From an uncultured Bacilli bacterium (GTDB lineage: Bacteria > Bacillota_I > Bacilli_A > RF39 > UBA660): a stretch of 64,000 nt of DNA. The translations under genes were made by a program, and so were the position numbers. Below, piece by piece: positions 7,617 through 17,146 of this stretch (positions are counted from its first letter, which is position 1; every line of letters starts with the position of its first letter). The DNA lies in NCBI GenBank assembly GCA_934086315.1, contig CAKOHZ010000001.1:472737-536736 (forward strand). Reading direction: 5' to 3'. Below the pieces are notes generated by a model. It had not been told where the DNA came from, did no database searches, and saw only the letters and a list, made by a program, of their open reading frames with translations.

Positions 7617-8852
7617 ATGAAAGAAATAATATCAAGTTTAGATATTGGTAGTTCTACAGTTAAGTTAGTAGTAGGCGAAGTGTACGAAAACGATGTACAC
7701 GTTCTTGCTGTATCTGAAGTAAAATCAAAAGGAGTTAAAAAAGGTATTATAGTAAACCCAGAAGAAACATTAATATCATTAAAAGAAGTATTCAATAGAT
7801 GCGAAGAAATGTTAAATATAAGAATAAATAAAGTAGTATTAACAATTCCATCATACTATGCAGAATTCACTATGGTAGAAGGAAAAATAAATATTAAAAG
7901 TGAAGACTCTATAGTAACAGGAAATGATATAGTAAAAGTACTTCAATCTTGTGTTTACAATAAAGTACCAAATAATAAAGAATTTGTTTCAATTATGCCT
8001 ATAGAATTTATGCTTGATGATGAAGAGAAAACAAAAGATCCAAAAGGAAAACAAGCAAAAGTATTAAGATGTAAAGCAGTAATGAGTTTAGCTCCTAAAA
8101 AGAATGTATATGCTGCAGTATCCCTACTTGATAGTATAGGAGTAGGAATCGTAGATATAAACTTTGGAAGTGTAGCTGATTACTACGAATTCAAAAATAA
8201 AACATTAGATTCAAAAAATGTAGCAGTAGTAAACATAGGAGAAGAAAAAACAGAAGTAAGCATTTTCAAAAAAGGAATATTAATAGACACAGAAAATATT
8301 GAAGTAGGCGGCAAAAATATCGATAGAGACATTTGTTACATATATGATATAAGTAGAAAGCAAGCAAAAGAATTGAAAGAGAAATTTGCACTTGCTAGTA
8401 AGAGAAATGCATCAACTAGTTGGAGTGAAGATGTGTTGACAAACTCTAAAGAAAATATTAAAATAAATCAATATGAGATTAGTGAGATAATATGTTCTAG
8501 AATTAAAGAGCTATTAGACCTTACTAAAAAGCAAATAAACCTCTTAACAAAGTTGGAAATTAGTTATATAATATTTACAGGGGGAACAACTGAAGTTAAT
8601 GATTTTAACTTAGTAGTTGATGAAGTATTTGGAAGAGAAATGGAAAGATACCATGTTAATGAGATTGGATGTAGAAGCAATAAATATTCAAGTTCATTAG
8701 GGCTTATCAAATATTATCATGATAAATTAGCTTTTAGAAATAAACTTGCATATACAGTTGATGAGGATTTGCAAGAAGAATTAATTAATATAAAGAAAAC
8801 TAACAATAATACAGTACTCGGAAAAATATATGGATATTTTTTCAACGATTAA
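7617..8852 (+). CDS. ftsA: Cell division protein FtsA
   Basis: MKEIISSLDIGSSTVKLVVGE..., actin-like ATPase motifs. ATG at 7617 lies 5 nt after AGGAGG. The track start at 7599 is a TTG overlapping the SD. Confidence 0.9.
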   Translation: MKEIISSLDIGSSTVKLVVGEVYENDVHVLAVSEVKSKGVKKGIIVNPEETLISLKEVFNRCEEMLNIRINKVVLTIPSYYAEFTMVEGKINIKSEDSIVTGNDIVKVLQSCVYNKVPNNKEFVSIMPIEFMLDDEEKTKDPKGKQAKVLRCKAVMSLAPKKNVYAAVSLLDSIGVGIVDINFGSVADYYEFKNKTLDSKNVAVVNIGEEKTEVSIFKKGILIDTENIEVGGKNIDRDICYIYDISRKQAKELKEKFALASKRNASTSWSEDVLTNSKENIKINQYEISEIICSRIKELLDLTKKQINLLTKLEISYIIFTGGTTEVNDFNLVVDEVFGREMERYHVNEIGCRSNKYSSSLGLIKYYHDKLAFRNKLAYTVDEDLQEELINIKKTNNNTVLGKIYGYFFND

Positions 8853-8862
8853 GGAGTGAAAT

Positions 8863-9921
8863 ATGAATAATAAACTAGAGATGGATCAAATAGCTGACAT
8901 TAAAGTTATCGGTGTCGGTGGCGGTGGATGTAATGCTGTAAACAGAATGATAGATTCAGGACTTCGTGGAGTTGAATTTATCGTAGCAAATACTGATCAA
9001 CAAGTATTAAATGTTTCTCATGCAGAACACAAAATACAATTAGGTAAAACTATTACTAAAGGAAGAGGAGCTGGAACAAGACCAGAAGTAGGAAGAGAAG
9101 CTGCACTTGAAGCTAAAGAAGAAATTGAAGATTCTTTACGCGGAGCAGATATGGTATTCGTAACTTGTGGACTTGGTGGTGGTACTGGTACAGGTGCTGC
9201 TCCAGTAGTTGCTGAAATAGCTCAAAACTTAGGATGCTTAACAGTAGCTATAGTTACAAAACCATTCAAATTTGAAGGTAAGAAAAGAATGGATTATGCT
9301 TTAGTAGGTTTAGATGAACTTAGAAAACATGTAGACACTATCGTAGTAATTCCAAACGATAAATTAAGAGACTTAATAGATAGAAGTACACCATTAAATG
9401 CTGCATTTAAAGAAGTAGATAATGTACTTAGATTAGGTGTTCAATCTATATCTGACCTAATTAGTGTTCCAGGACTTGTAAACTTAGACTTTGCAGATGT
9501 TAGAACTATAATGGAAGATAGAGGAGACGCACTTATTGGTATAGGTGTTGGATTTGGTGATAATAGAGCAGTAGAAGCTGCAAAACAAGCTGTAAATAGC
9601 CCATTACTTGAACAAACTATTAATGGAGCAACAGATTGTATCGTAAATATCACTGGTGGTAACTCAATGACATTATTTGAAGCAGAAGATGCTGTGGAGG
9701 TAGTAAGAGCAGTTGCTAACACAGATGTTAACATTATATTCGGTGCAGTTATCAATGAAGCACTTACTGATGAAATAGTAGTAACAGTAATCGCAACAGG
9801 ATTTGAAGATTCAACTGAACCACTATATAGATCAATTGAAGGAGAAAAGAAAGCAATTCAAGAAATAGATGATGATGAAGAACTTGAAATGCCAGCATTC
9901 CTAAGAAATAGAGATTTCTAA
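8863..9921 (+). CDS. ftsZ: Cell division GTPase FtsZ
   Basis: [17 protein letters not shown] tubulin signature, 352 aa. Confidence 0.95.
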   Translation: MNNKLEMDQIADIKVIGVGGGGCNAVNRMIDSGLRGVEFIVANTDQQVLNVSHAEHKIQLGKTITKGRGAGTRPEVGREAALEAKEEIEDSLRGADMVFVTCGLGGGTGTGAAPVVAEIAQNLGCLTVAIVTKPFKFEGKKRMDYALVGLDELRKHVDTIVVIPNDKLRDLIDRSTPLNAAFKEVDNVLRLGVQSISDLISVPGLVNLDFADVRTIMEDRGDALIGIGVGFGDNRAVEAAKQAVNSPLLEQTINGATDCIVNITGGNSMTLFEAEDAVEVVRAVANTDVNIIFGAVINEALTDEIVVTVIATGFEDSTEPLYRSIEGEKKAIQEIDDDEELEMPAFLRNRDF

Positions 9922-9946
9922 GAGCGTAAAGCTCTTTTTATTTACA
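9921..9946 (+). terminator. Terminator after ftsZ
   Basis: agagc-gtaa-gctct + ttttattt. Confidence 0.55.
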
Positions 9947-9964
9947 AAAAATTTACGTTTTATG

Positions 9965-9993
9965 TTGATTTACACTTGAACAATTTATATAAT
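9965..9993 (+). promoter_or_regulatory. Sigma-A type promoter TTGATT-17-TATAAT
   Basis: ttgatt at 9965, tataat at 9988, 17-nt spacer. It lies upstream of the 10040 gene. Confidence 0.4.
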
Positions 9994-10039
9994 GATTATG
10001 AGAGTAGATAGCGTAAGGCTAATACTATAGGAGGGTTAA

Positions 10040-11581
10040 ATGAAAGATAGTAAGAAAGTTACTAAGAAAAGCCCTGCTGTAAAAGTAGTAAAGGTTGAAG
10101 AAAATTTTCTTGATGATGATAACGACAACAGAGTTATTATTTTTGTAGCAATAGCAATCTTAGTAATTATCGGTACTATTATTGGACTTCTTGTTGGTTG
10201 TGAGAAAAAAGAAGATGATAAAGATCCATCAAAACCAAAAGATGACATAGTAGTTCCAGTCGATGACGACAAAACAAATGAAGATGACAAGAAGGAGGAA
10301 ACAGAGACTACTAAAACAGTAATTAGAAAAGTAACTACTAAATCAAATGATGCAACTACTAAAGAAGATGAAGAGAAAACTTATGTAGTATCATTTAATT
10401 TATTAGATGATGATAGTATCTACACTGTAGAAGCAAAAGATGGAAAAGTAAGTCCATATTTACCATACGGATATGATTCTTGTAAATATTATAGTGATGA
10501 AAAGTTAACTAGTGAATTCGATTTTACTAAGACTATAACTGAAAACACTAATATTTATACTAGTTGTAGTTTCACTACTTATAAGATTATTTATGATAGA
10601 GAAACAACTTCTCCAAAAGAATATACTATTAAGAGTGGTAAAGTTGCATTAAGTGACGCAGAACTTGAAACTGGATTATTTGAAGGATGGTATACTACAC
10701 CTGACTTTAGTGGTGACAAAGTAGAATATTTAGGAAGAAACTTAGCAAAAATAGCAAACTCAGATAATGAAATTTATCTATATGCTAAGATAGCTGAGAA
10801 GTATGAATTAAGATACCATGATCGTAATGGCGGAGTGGGACTAATCATTACAATTAGAACACAAAAAAATAGTTCAATAACATTAATGAAATATGGTACA
10901 TCAGAAGAACTACTAGGTTATAGTACAAGCAAAGATAGTAAAGTAATTGAATATAATGTTGGTGAAAAAGTAACATTAACTGGAGACCTTGATTTATACC
11001 AAGTAATTGGAACAGCAAAAGTAATTTACGAAAGTGAAGGAGAACTTGTGACTGTAGGTATGACTACTGAAGAGTTAGGAGATTATAATTTACCAACACC
11101 TGATGAAGTAGGACTTGAAGCTCCAACATATTTTGTAAAAGTTGATAAGAGCAATCCAAATGCTAAAGAAGTAGTTCCTGATGAAGTTAAAGAAGCACTT
11201 GAAGGTCAAATAAGATTATCAGATGCTAAAGCTAAAGCAGGAGAAAACGAAACTATTGAAGTTGGTGACTCAGTAGAAGAACTAGAAAAAGTATTTGATG
11301 GATGGCAAACAAAAGAAACTGATGAAGAAGGAAATGAAACATTTGTTGACGTAGATGAAAATTATAAACCAGAAGATAATACTGATAATGAACTAGTTGC
11401 TAAATGGAAAGAACAAGATAAAACAAATGAAAATGAAAATACAACAGTTCTAGAAGATAATAATACTGAAAGTGTAGAAGAAACAACTGAATTAACTGTT
11501 GAAACGGAAGAACCGGTTGAAGAAGTTGAATTAACACCACCAGCAGTAGAAACACCAATAGAAGTTGAAACAAACTTATAA
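10040..11581 (+). CDS. Membrane-anchored surface protein with Listeria-Bacteroides (Flg_new/InlB B-type) repeats and acidic low-complexity tails
   Basis: N-terminal TM (IIFVAIAILVIIGTIIGLLVGC), two repeats with the GW[YF]T...D......LYAK pattern, and a Glu/Thr/Val-rich C-terminus. Confidence 0.55.
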   Translation: MKDSKKVTKKSPAVKVVKVEENFLDDDNDNRVIIFVAIAILVIIGTIIGLLVGCEKKEDDKDPSKPKDDIVVPVDDDKTNEDDKKEETETTKTVIRKVTTKSNDATTKEDEEKTYVVSFNLLDDDSIYTVEAKDGKVSPYLPYGYDSCKYYSDEKLTSEFDFTKTITENTNIYTSCSFTTYKIIYDRETTSPKEYTIKSGKVALSDAELETGLFEGWYTTPDFSGDKVEYLGRNLAKIANSDNEIYLYAKIAEKYELRYHDRNGGVGLIITIRTQKNSSITLMKYGTSEELLGYSTSKDSKVIEYNVGEKVTLTGDLDLYQVIGTAKVIYESEGELVTVGMTTEELGDYNLPTPDEVGLEAPTYFVKVDKSNPNAKEVVPDEVKEALEGQIRLSDAKAKAGENETIEVGDSVEELEKVFDGWQTKETDEEGNETFVDVDENYKPEDNTDNELVAKWKEQDKTNENENTTVLEDNNTESVEETTELTVETEEPVEEVELTPPAVETPIEVETNL

Positions 11582-11586
11582 AGATT

Positions 11587-11612
11587 AAGCATTCACTTAC
11601 GAATGCTTTTTA
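11587..11612 (+). terminator. Rho-independent terminator
   Basis: aagcattc-actta-cgaatgctt + ttt. Confidence 0.65.
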
Positions 11613-11652
11613 AATGTCCTAAAAAATGATATAATACTCCTGAGGAAACATT

Positions 11653-12288
11653 ATGACAATAACACTAAATAATCAAACATTTAACGTATTTATAACAAGA
11701 AAAAATAACAAGAATATGTATTTAAGAGTTAAAAAAGATGGTATATATATTTCTTGTAATTACTTTGTAACTAACTCTATGATTAAGTCATTCATAATAA
11801 AGAATGAAGATGACATAATTAGAATGTATGAAACAGTACAAAGAAAAGAAAAAAAGAATGAAGAATTCTACTACCTAGGAAATAGTTACGATGTAGTAGT
11901 TCTAAACACTGTATCTAAAATAGAATTCGTAGGAAACCAAGTATTTGTTAAAAATAAGACATACTTGAATACTTTTCTAAAGAATGAATGCGAAAGAATA
12001 TTTAATGAAAGAGTAAAAATATGTTATAATTTATTTGAGGAAGATATTCCTTATCCTAAAGTAATGATAGGCAAAATGAAAAGAAAATGGGGTTATTGTA
12101 ATAAAAGACAAGAACTTATAAAACTAAACTCTGAATTAATTAAATATAGTATAGATGAAATAGATTATGTTATTATTCATGAATTATGTCATTTCTTAGA
12201 ATTTAACCATTCAAAAAACTTCTGGAAATATGTAAAAAAATATAAACCAAATTATAAAGAAAATACTAAAGTATTAAAGGAGGAATAA
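11653..12288 (+). CDS. DUF45/YgjP-like M48-family zinc metallohydrolase
   Basis: C-terminal HELCHFLEFNHSKNFW (HExxH...NH) motif typical of YgjP/DUF45. Confidence 0.7.
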   Translation: MTITLNNQTFNVFITRKNNKNMYLRVKKDGIYISCNYFVTNSMIKSFIIKNEDDIIRMYETVQRKEKKNEEFYYLGNSYDVVVLNTVSKIEFVGNQVFVKNKTYLNTFLKNECERIFNERVKICYNLFEEDIPYPKVMIGKMKRKWGYCNKRQELIKLNSELIKYSIDEIDYVIIHELCHFLEFNHSKNFWKYVKKYKPNYKENTKVLKEE

Positions 12289-12289
12289 T

Positions 12290-13015
12290 ATGCTTATAAC
12301 ATCTAAAGATAATAATAGAATAAAAGAAATAAGAAAACTTCTAACTAAAAAATATTCTTTAGAAAAAGGATTATTCGTAATAGAAGGTGAAAACTTAATA
12401 GAAGAAGCTATTAAAAATCATATGTTAAAAGAGTTATATGTTTTAGATGGAGCTACTTGCAATTATGACTTTAACTATGACTATGTAACAGAAGATGTTA
12501 TGAAAAGCATAAGTGATTTAAAAAGTACTCCAAGACTTTTAGGAGTTTCAAAGATACATAATACGAGTGAGATTGGAAATAAAATAGTAATACTTGATAA
12601 CATACAAGATCCAGGCAATGCAGGAACTATAATAAGATCAAGTGTAGCATTTGATGCAGATACTGTTATATTTTCAAAAGACTCAGTTAGTCCATACAAC
12701 GAAAAAGTATTAAGAAGTACCGGTGGTATGATATATAATATAAATATCATAATTGGAGACTTAGAAGAAATAATAGATAAAATAAAAGAAAAGAATATAA
12801 AAGTAGTAGGAACTTCATTAAAAAAGTCAAAATCACTTGAAGAACTTGAAAAAATGAAGGAATTTGCTATAATATTTGGAAACGAAGGTAATGGTGTAAG
12901 AGAAAATATTCTAAGTAAGTGTGATGAAATTATTAGAATAGATATGAATCCTTCATGTGAAAGCTTAAATGTTGGAGTTTCAGCATCTATAGTCTTATAT
13001 CATTTATATAAATAA
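12290..13015 (+). CDS. TrmH/SpoU-family RNA 2'-O-methyltransferase
   Basis: SPOUT motifs (ILDNIQDPGNAGTIIRS, FGNEGNGV, NVGVSASIVLY). Confidence 0.75.
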   Translation: MLITSKDNNRIKEIRKLLTKKYSLEKGLFVIEGENLIEEAIKNHMLKELYVLDGATCNYDFNYDYVTEDVMKSISDLKSTPRLLGVSKIHNTSEIGNKIVILDNIQDPGNAGTIIRSSVAFDADTVIFSKDSVSPYNEKVLRSTGGMIYNINIIIGDLEEIIDKIKEKNIKVVGTSLKKSKSLEELEKMKEFAIIFGNEGNGVRENILSKCDEIIRIDMNPSCESLNVGVSASIVLYHLYK

Positions 13016-13027
13016 AGGGGAATTATT

Positions 13028-13507
13028 ATGAGATTTATTTACATAGGAAAGGTGACTAATACACATGCCCTTAAGGGCGAAATAAGAATATTAAGTAATT
13101 TTGAATTTAAAAATAAAGTATTCACTAAAGGATTCAAACTATATGTAGGACATTTAAAAACTGAAGAAGTAATTGAAACATATAGACGACATAAACAATA
13201 TGATATGGTTAAATTCGTTGGTATAGATAATATTAATGATGTTATTAAATATAAAGGTGCAAGTGTATTCATAAATGAAGATGATTTACATATTAATGAT
13301 GATGAAATATTAACTGAAGAATTAATTGGTATGAAAGCATATAATGATAACACTTTAGTAGGTAACATTACTGAATATAGAGAAGACAATGGTAATAAGA
13401 ATGTAAGAGTTAATGATAAACTTGTTCCATATAACAAAGACTTTATAACTAAAATAGATAAACAAAATAAAGAGATACATTTTCATGATATAGGAGTATT
13501 TTTATGA
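13028..13507 (+). CDS. rimM: 16S rRNA processing protein RimM
   Basis: IGKVTNTHALKGEIRI N-terminus and PRC-barrel C-terminus, 159 aa. It overlaps trmD by 4 nt. Confidence 0.8.
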   Translation: MRFIYIGKVTNTHALKGEIRILSNFEFKNKVFTKGFKLYVGHLKTEEVIETYRRHKQYDMVKFVGIDNINDVIKYKGASVFINEDDLHINDDEILTEELIGMKAYNDNTLVGNITEYREDNGNKNVRVNDKLVPYNKDFITKIDKQNKEIHFHDIGVFL

Positions 13508-14163
13508 AAATAGATATACTAACACTATTTCCTCATATGTTTGATGGATTCTTAACAGAAAGTATAATGAAAAGAGCCATTGAAAAAGGAAAAGTAGAAA
13601 TAAATATAATAGATATAAGAAACTATACACCATATAAAAATAATCAAGTTGATGACTATCAATTTGGTGGTGGTGGTGGAATGATTATGATGTGTGAACC
13701 AGTATTTAATGCTGTAGAAAGTATTAGAACAGAAGATTCTCACGTAATACTTTTAACACCTAGAGGAAAAACATATAATGAAAAGAAAGCATATGAATTA
13801 AAAGATAAAAAACATTTAATAATTATATGCGGACACTACGAAGGATTTGATGAAAGAATATACACTTTAGCAGATGAATTAATATCAATAGGTGATTTCA
13901 TTTTAACAGGTGGAGAACTTCCGTCAATGATGATAACAGATTCAGTAGTAAGACTAATAGATGGAGTTATAACAAGTACAAGTTTAGAGTTCGAAAGTTT
14001 CAATGATAATTTACTTGATTATCCAGTCTATACTAAGCCAAGAAACTTTAGAGGTATGGAAGTACCAGAAGTACTAGTGAATGGTAACCATAAACTTATT
14101 AATGAATATAGAGAAAGTGAAAGAAGAAGAATAACAAAGGAATACAGAGACGATTTATTATAG
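13504..14163 (+). CDS. trmD: tRNA (guanine37-N1)-methyltransferase TrmD
   Basis: MKIDILTLFPHMFDGFL... and the GGGGGMIMM motif. Confidence 0.85.
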   Translation: MKIDILTLFPHMFDGFLTESIMKRAIEKGKVEINIIDIRNYTPYKNNQVDDYQFGGGGGMIMMCEPVFNAVESIRTEDSHVILLTPRGKTYNEKKAYELKDKKHLIIICGHYEGFDERIYTLADELISIGDFILTGGELPSMMITDSVVRLIDGVITSTSLEFESFNDNLLDYPVYTKPRNFRGMEVPEVLVNGNHKLINEYRESERRRITKEYRDDLL

Positions 14164-14172
14164 GGTGGTAAA

Positions 14173-14631
14173 ATGAAATACGTAATAGAAAAAAATGGCA
14201 AAGATATGAAACTAGTATATTACAGTGTTAATATGGTAGGTCTTAATGTCGAACCAAAAAATGGAGTTCCAGGTCTTACTATCAAAGCTAAAAAAGTAAT
14301 ACTAGTTGATCCAGAACTTAGAGATGCTTATATAAAACAAAGAATAAATAAAAAGATAGATAAAGTTATTAAATTTATGTTACGTATTTTAAATGATGAA
14401 GATACCACTGAAGGCGATGTAGGTATGGTACTGGATGAAATAAATAAATTAAAAGGAATAGTTATTAAGAAATATAGAGAATATATGAAAGTAAGTGAAT
14501 ACAAAGCACTACTTACTAAATTAATAATTATTGAAGAAGAATTTAAAAAGAATTATAATCAAAAATTATATATGAACTATATGAATGGTTCAATTTATGA
14601 AGAAAAAATAAGCGAGGGAAGAAGTAGATAA
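14173..14631 (+). CDS. Hypothetical protein (charged, predicted helical) between trmD and hisS
   Basis: 152 aa with no recognisable domain. It occupies the slot normally held by rplS. Confidence 0.45.
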   Translation: MKYVIEKNGKDMKLVYYSVNMVGLNVEPKNGVPGLTIKAKKVILVDPELRDAYIKQRINKKIDKVIKFMLRILNDEDTTEGDVGMVLDEINKLKGIVIKKYREYMKVSEYKALLTKLIIIEEEFKKNYNQKLYMNYMNGSIYEEKISEGRSR

Positions 14632-15920
14632 TGAAAGAAGATTTTAAATTAATGAATCTTAAAGGTACTAGTGACTTCCTACCAGAAGAACAAATTATTA
14701 GAAATAAAATCACTGATATCTTAAAGAGTACATTTGAAAAATATGGTTTCTTACCACTTGAGACACCAATATTATGTTATTATGATTTACTAGCAAGTAA
14801 ATATGCAGGTGGAGCAGAAATATTAAAAGAAGTATATAAATTTAAGGATCAAGGACTTAGAGATATAGGTTTACGTTATGATTTAACTGTACCATTCTCA
14901 AAAGTAATTGGTATGAATAAAGGATTGATCTTACCATTTAAAAGATATGAAATAGGTAAAGTATTTAGAGATGGACCTGTTAAACTAGGAAGAGCACGTG
15001 AATTCTATCAATGTGATGTAGATGCATGTGGAACAGAATCACCTTACGCAGAAATAGAATACTTTATGATGGTAAAAGAAGCATTCCAAAAGTTTGATAT
15101 TGATATTGAAATAAGATACAACAATAGAAAATTCTTAAGTGGACTTTTAGAATATTGTAATGTACCAAAAGAAAGAGTTGGAGAATTCATTACATTAGTA
15201 GATAAATTAGATAAATTAGAAAGAAAAGACATTGAAGAAGAATTAGAAGCTTGTACTTCAAAAGAAAATGTCGATAAGATATTTGAGTATTTTAAATTAG
15301 ATTTAGATGAATTAACTAATGAACTTAAAGACACAAACGTAGAGTTACTTAGTGAAGGATTAAAAGAATTAAATGATTTAAATAAACTAATTAAAGATTT
15401 AAATTTAGATATATGTGTATTCAAACCTTTCTTAGCAAGAGGACTTGAAATCTATACTGGATGTGTATGGGAAGTATTCGATAGAACTGGAGAATTTAAG
15501 TCAGCTCTAGGTGGCGGAGGAAGATATGATAATATCATAACTAAATTCTTACACAATGGAGAAGAATATCCAGCAATAGGTATGTCGTTTGGTTTAGAAC
15601 CTATTTATGCTTTATTAAAAGAAAAATGGTCAGAAACATTAAAAAAATATGATGTTTATGTATATGCATTCACAAATGATAAAAACTTATTTGAAATATC
15701 AAGTATGCTAAGAGAAAATGGATATAGAGTACTTACAGAACTTAATAATATAAAACTTAAAAAAGCAATGAATACTGCTAATAGAGAAAATATTAATAAA
15801 GTTATTATTATCGGAGAAGATGAATTAAAGCAAAACTCAGTAACTCTTAAAGATATGGTAACTGGTAATCAAGAACTAGTTAAAATAGATGATTTAGTTA
15901 AAACATTAAAAGAAATGTAA
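14631..15920 (+). CDS. hisS: Histidyl-tRNA synthetase
   Basis: Class II aaRS motifs: GTSDFLPEE, LRYDLTVPF, FKRYEIGKVFRDGP...GRAREFYQCDVD, GGGRYD. 429 aa. Confidence 0.8.
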   Translation: MKEDFKLMNLKGTSDFLPEEQIIRNKITDILKSTFEKYGFLPLETPILCYYDLLASKYAGGAEILKEVYKFKDQGLRDIGLRYDLTVPFSKVIGMNKGLILPFKRYEIGKVFRDGPVKLGRAREFYQCDVDACGTESPYAEIEYFMMVKEAFQKFDIDIEIRYNNRKFLSGLLEYCNVPKERVGEFITLVDKLDKLERKDIEEELEACTSKENVDKIFEYFKLDLDELTNELKDTNVELLSEGLKELNDLNKLIKDLNLDICVFKPFLARGLEIYTGCVWEVFDRTGEFKSALGGGGRYDNIITKFLHNGEEYPAIGMSFGLEPIYALLKEKWSETLKKYDVYVYAFTNDKNLFEISSMLRENGYRVLTELNNIKLKKAMNTANRENINKVIIIGEDELKQNSVTLKDMVTGNQELVKIDDLVKTLKEM

Positions 15921-15940
15921 TTAAACATTTCTTTTTATTT
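15912..15940 (+). terminator. Terminator after hisS
   Basis: gaaatgt-aattaa-acatttc + tttttattt. Confidence 0.6.
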
Positions 15941-15978
15941 ATATAAAAAATATAACATTAATAAATGGCTTTAACACA

Positions 15979-16004
15979 CAAAAAAAGTTCTCAATAGAGA
16001 ACTT
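15979..16004 (-). terminator. Terminator for the minus-strand tRNA pair
   Basis: Minus-strand reading aagttctc-tatt-gagaactt + ttttt. Confidence 0.5.
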
Positions 16005-16014
16005 AATATTCAAA

Positions 16015-16090
16015 TGGTGACCCGTACGGGATTTGAACCCATAAATGCACGCGTGAAAGGCGTGTGTGTTAACCGTTTCACCAACGGGCC
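16015..16090 (-). tRNA. tRNA-Glu (anticodon UUC)
   Basis: Reverse complement GGCCCGTTGGTGAAACGG...CACGC-CTTTCAC-GCGTG...GGGTTCAAATCCC...CCA folds as a cloverleaf with TTC in the anticodon loop. Confidence 0.8.
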
Positions 16091-16099
16091 ATTTATTAA

Positions 16100-16175
16100 T
16101 GGTGGGCCTGAATGGACTTGAACCATCGACCTTTCGCTTATCAGACGAACGCTCTAACCAGCTGAGCTACAGGCC
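16100..16175 (-). tRNA. tRNA-Ile (anticodon GAU)
   Basis: Reverse complement GGGCCTGTAGCTCAGCTGGTTAGAGCG-TTCGT-CTGATAA-GCGAA...GGTTCAAGTCC...CCA. Confidence 0.8.
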
Positions 16176-16336
16176 CATATCGCCACTTAATCGGCTGACT
16201 ACTTAATAATACAGTATTTTTTGCAATAATGCAACACTTTTTTTACAAAAATATCAATATTTTTAATAAATTTTATAAAATATTGCAAAAATAGTGCATT
16301 TATTGTATCATTATATATGAAAATAGGAGGAAAATT

Positions 16337-17065
16337 ATGAGGATAGAGGTATCAACAGTTAATACTATTGTAACAATAGCTTTAATAATGCTTACTATGA
16401 CATTTACAAGATCTATACTAGTAATGATAGGTGGTAAGAACTTATTTAAAAAAGCTTCTAAAAAAGAATCGACAGCTTTTTATCCTGTGGTAAATTTATT
16501 TACACTCCTAGATATAACAGAAACATCAACATTTTTAGGAATATTATTTTTTGTGCCAATCGTTAATGTTATTGTACTTTCAATATTGTTTTATAGATTA
16601 GGTTCATCATTTAATACATCTTTATCTTATAAAATTGGCTTAGTTGTATTACCAATAATTTTCTATCCAATGTTAGCATTTGGAGATAAAGCATATAAAT
16701 TAAATGATGAAGAATATTTTAAAGCACTTGATAATGCAAAGGGTGAAAGTATAAACCTAATGACCCAAGAAGAAATAAAAGCAGAAAACAATGCACCTGT
16801 CGAAGAAAAACCTCAAGTTGATTCAATATTTAAATCAAATATAGAAATGATGGAAGAGGTTGCTCCATATAAAGCTGCTAAAGTAGATTTACTTGGAATG
16901 GAAAAATTAAAACAATCAACTCCACAAGAAGATATGTTTAAACCAATAGAGCAAGTAGAGCCACCAAAACCAGTTAGAGAACAAAGTGAAGAAGAAAAGA
17001 AACCTAAAAGTAAATTTACAACTGAGCTAGATAAAAAAGATGAAGTAGAATTCATTGATTTATAA
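16337..17065 (+). CDS. Polytopic membrane protein with charged, Pro/Glu-rich C-terminal tail; unknown function
   Basis: 242 aa with about four TM segments, then the KPIEQVEPPKPVREQSEEEKKPK tail. Confidence 0.5.
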   Translation: MRIEVSTVNTIVTIALIMLTMTFTRSILVMIGGKNLFKKASKKESTAFYPVVNLFTLLDITETSTFLGILFFVPIVNVIVLSILFYRLGSSFNTSLSYKIGLVVLPIIFYPMLAFGDKAYKLNDEEYFKALDNAKGESINLMTQEEIKAENNAPVEEKPQVDSIFKSNIEMMEEVAPYKAAKVDLLGMEKLKQSTPQEDMFKPIEQVEPPKPVREQSEEEKKPKSKFTTELDKKDEVEFIDL

Positions 17066-17146
17066 AGTTAAATGATAGTAAATAAAAGTGTAAAGTAAAC
17101 GTTTACACTTTTTAATTTTTTTTGTATAATATGAAATGGAGATTAG

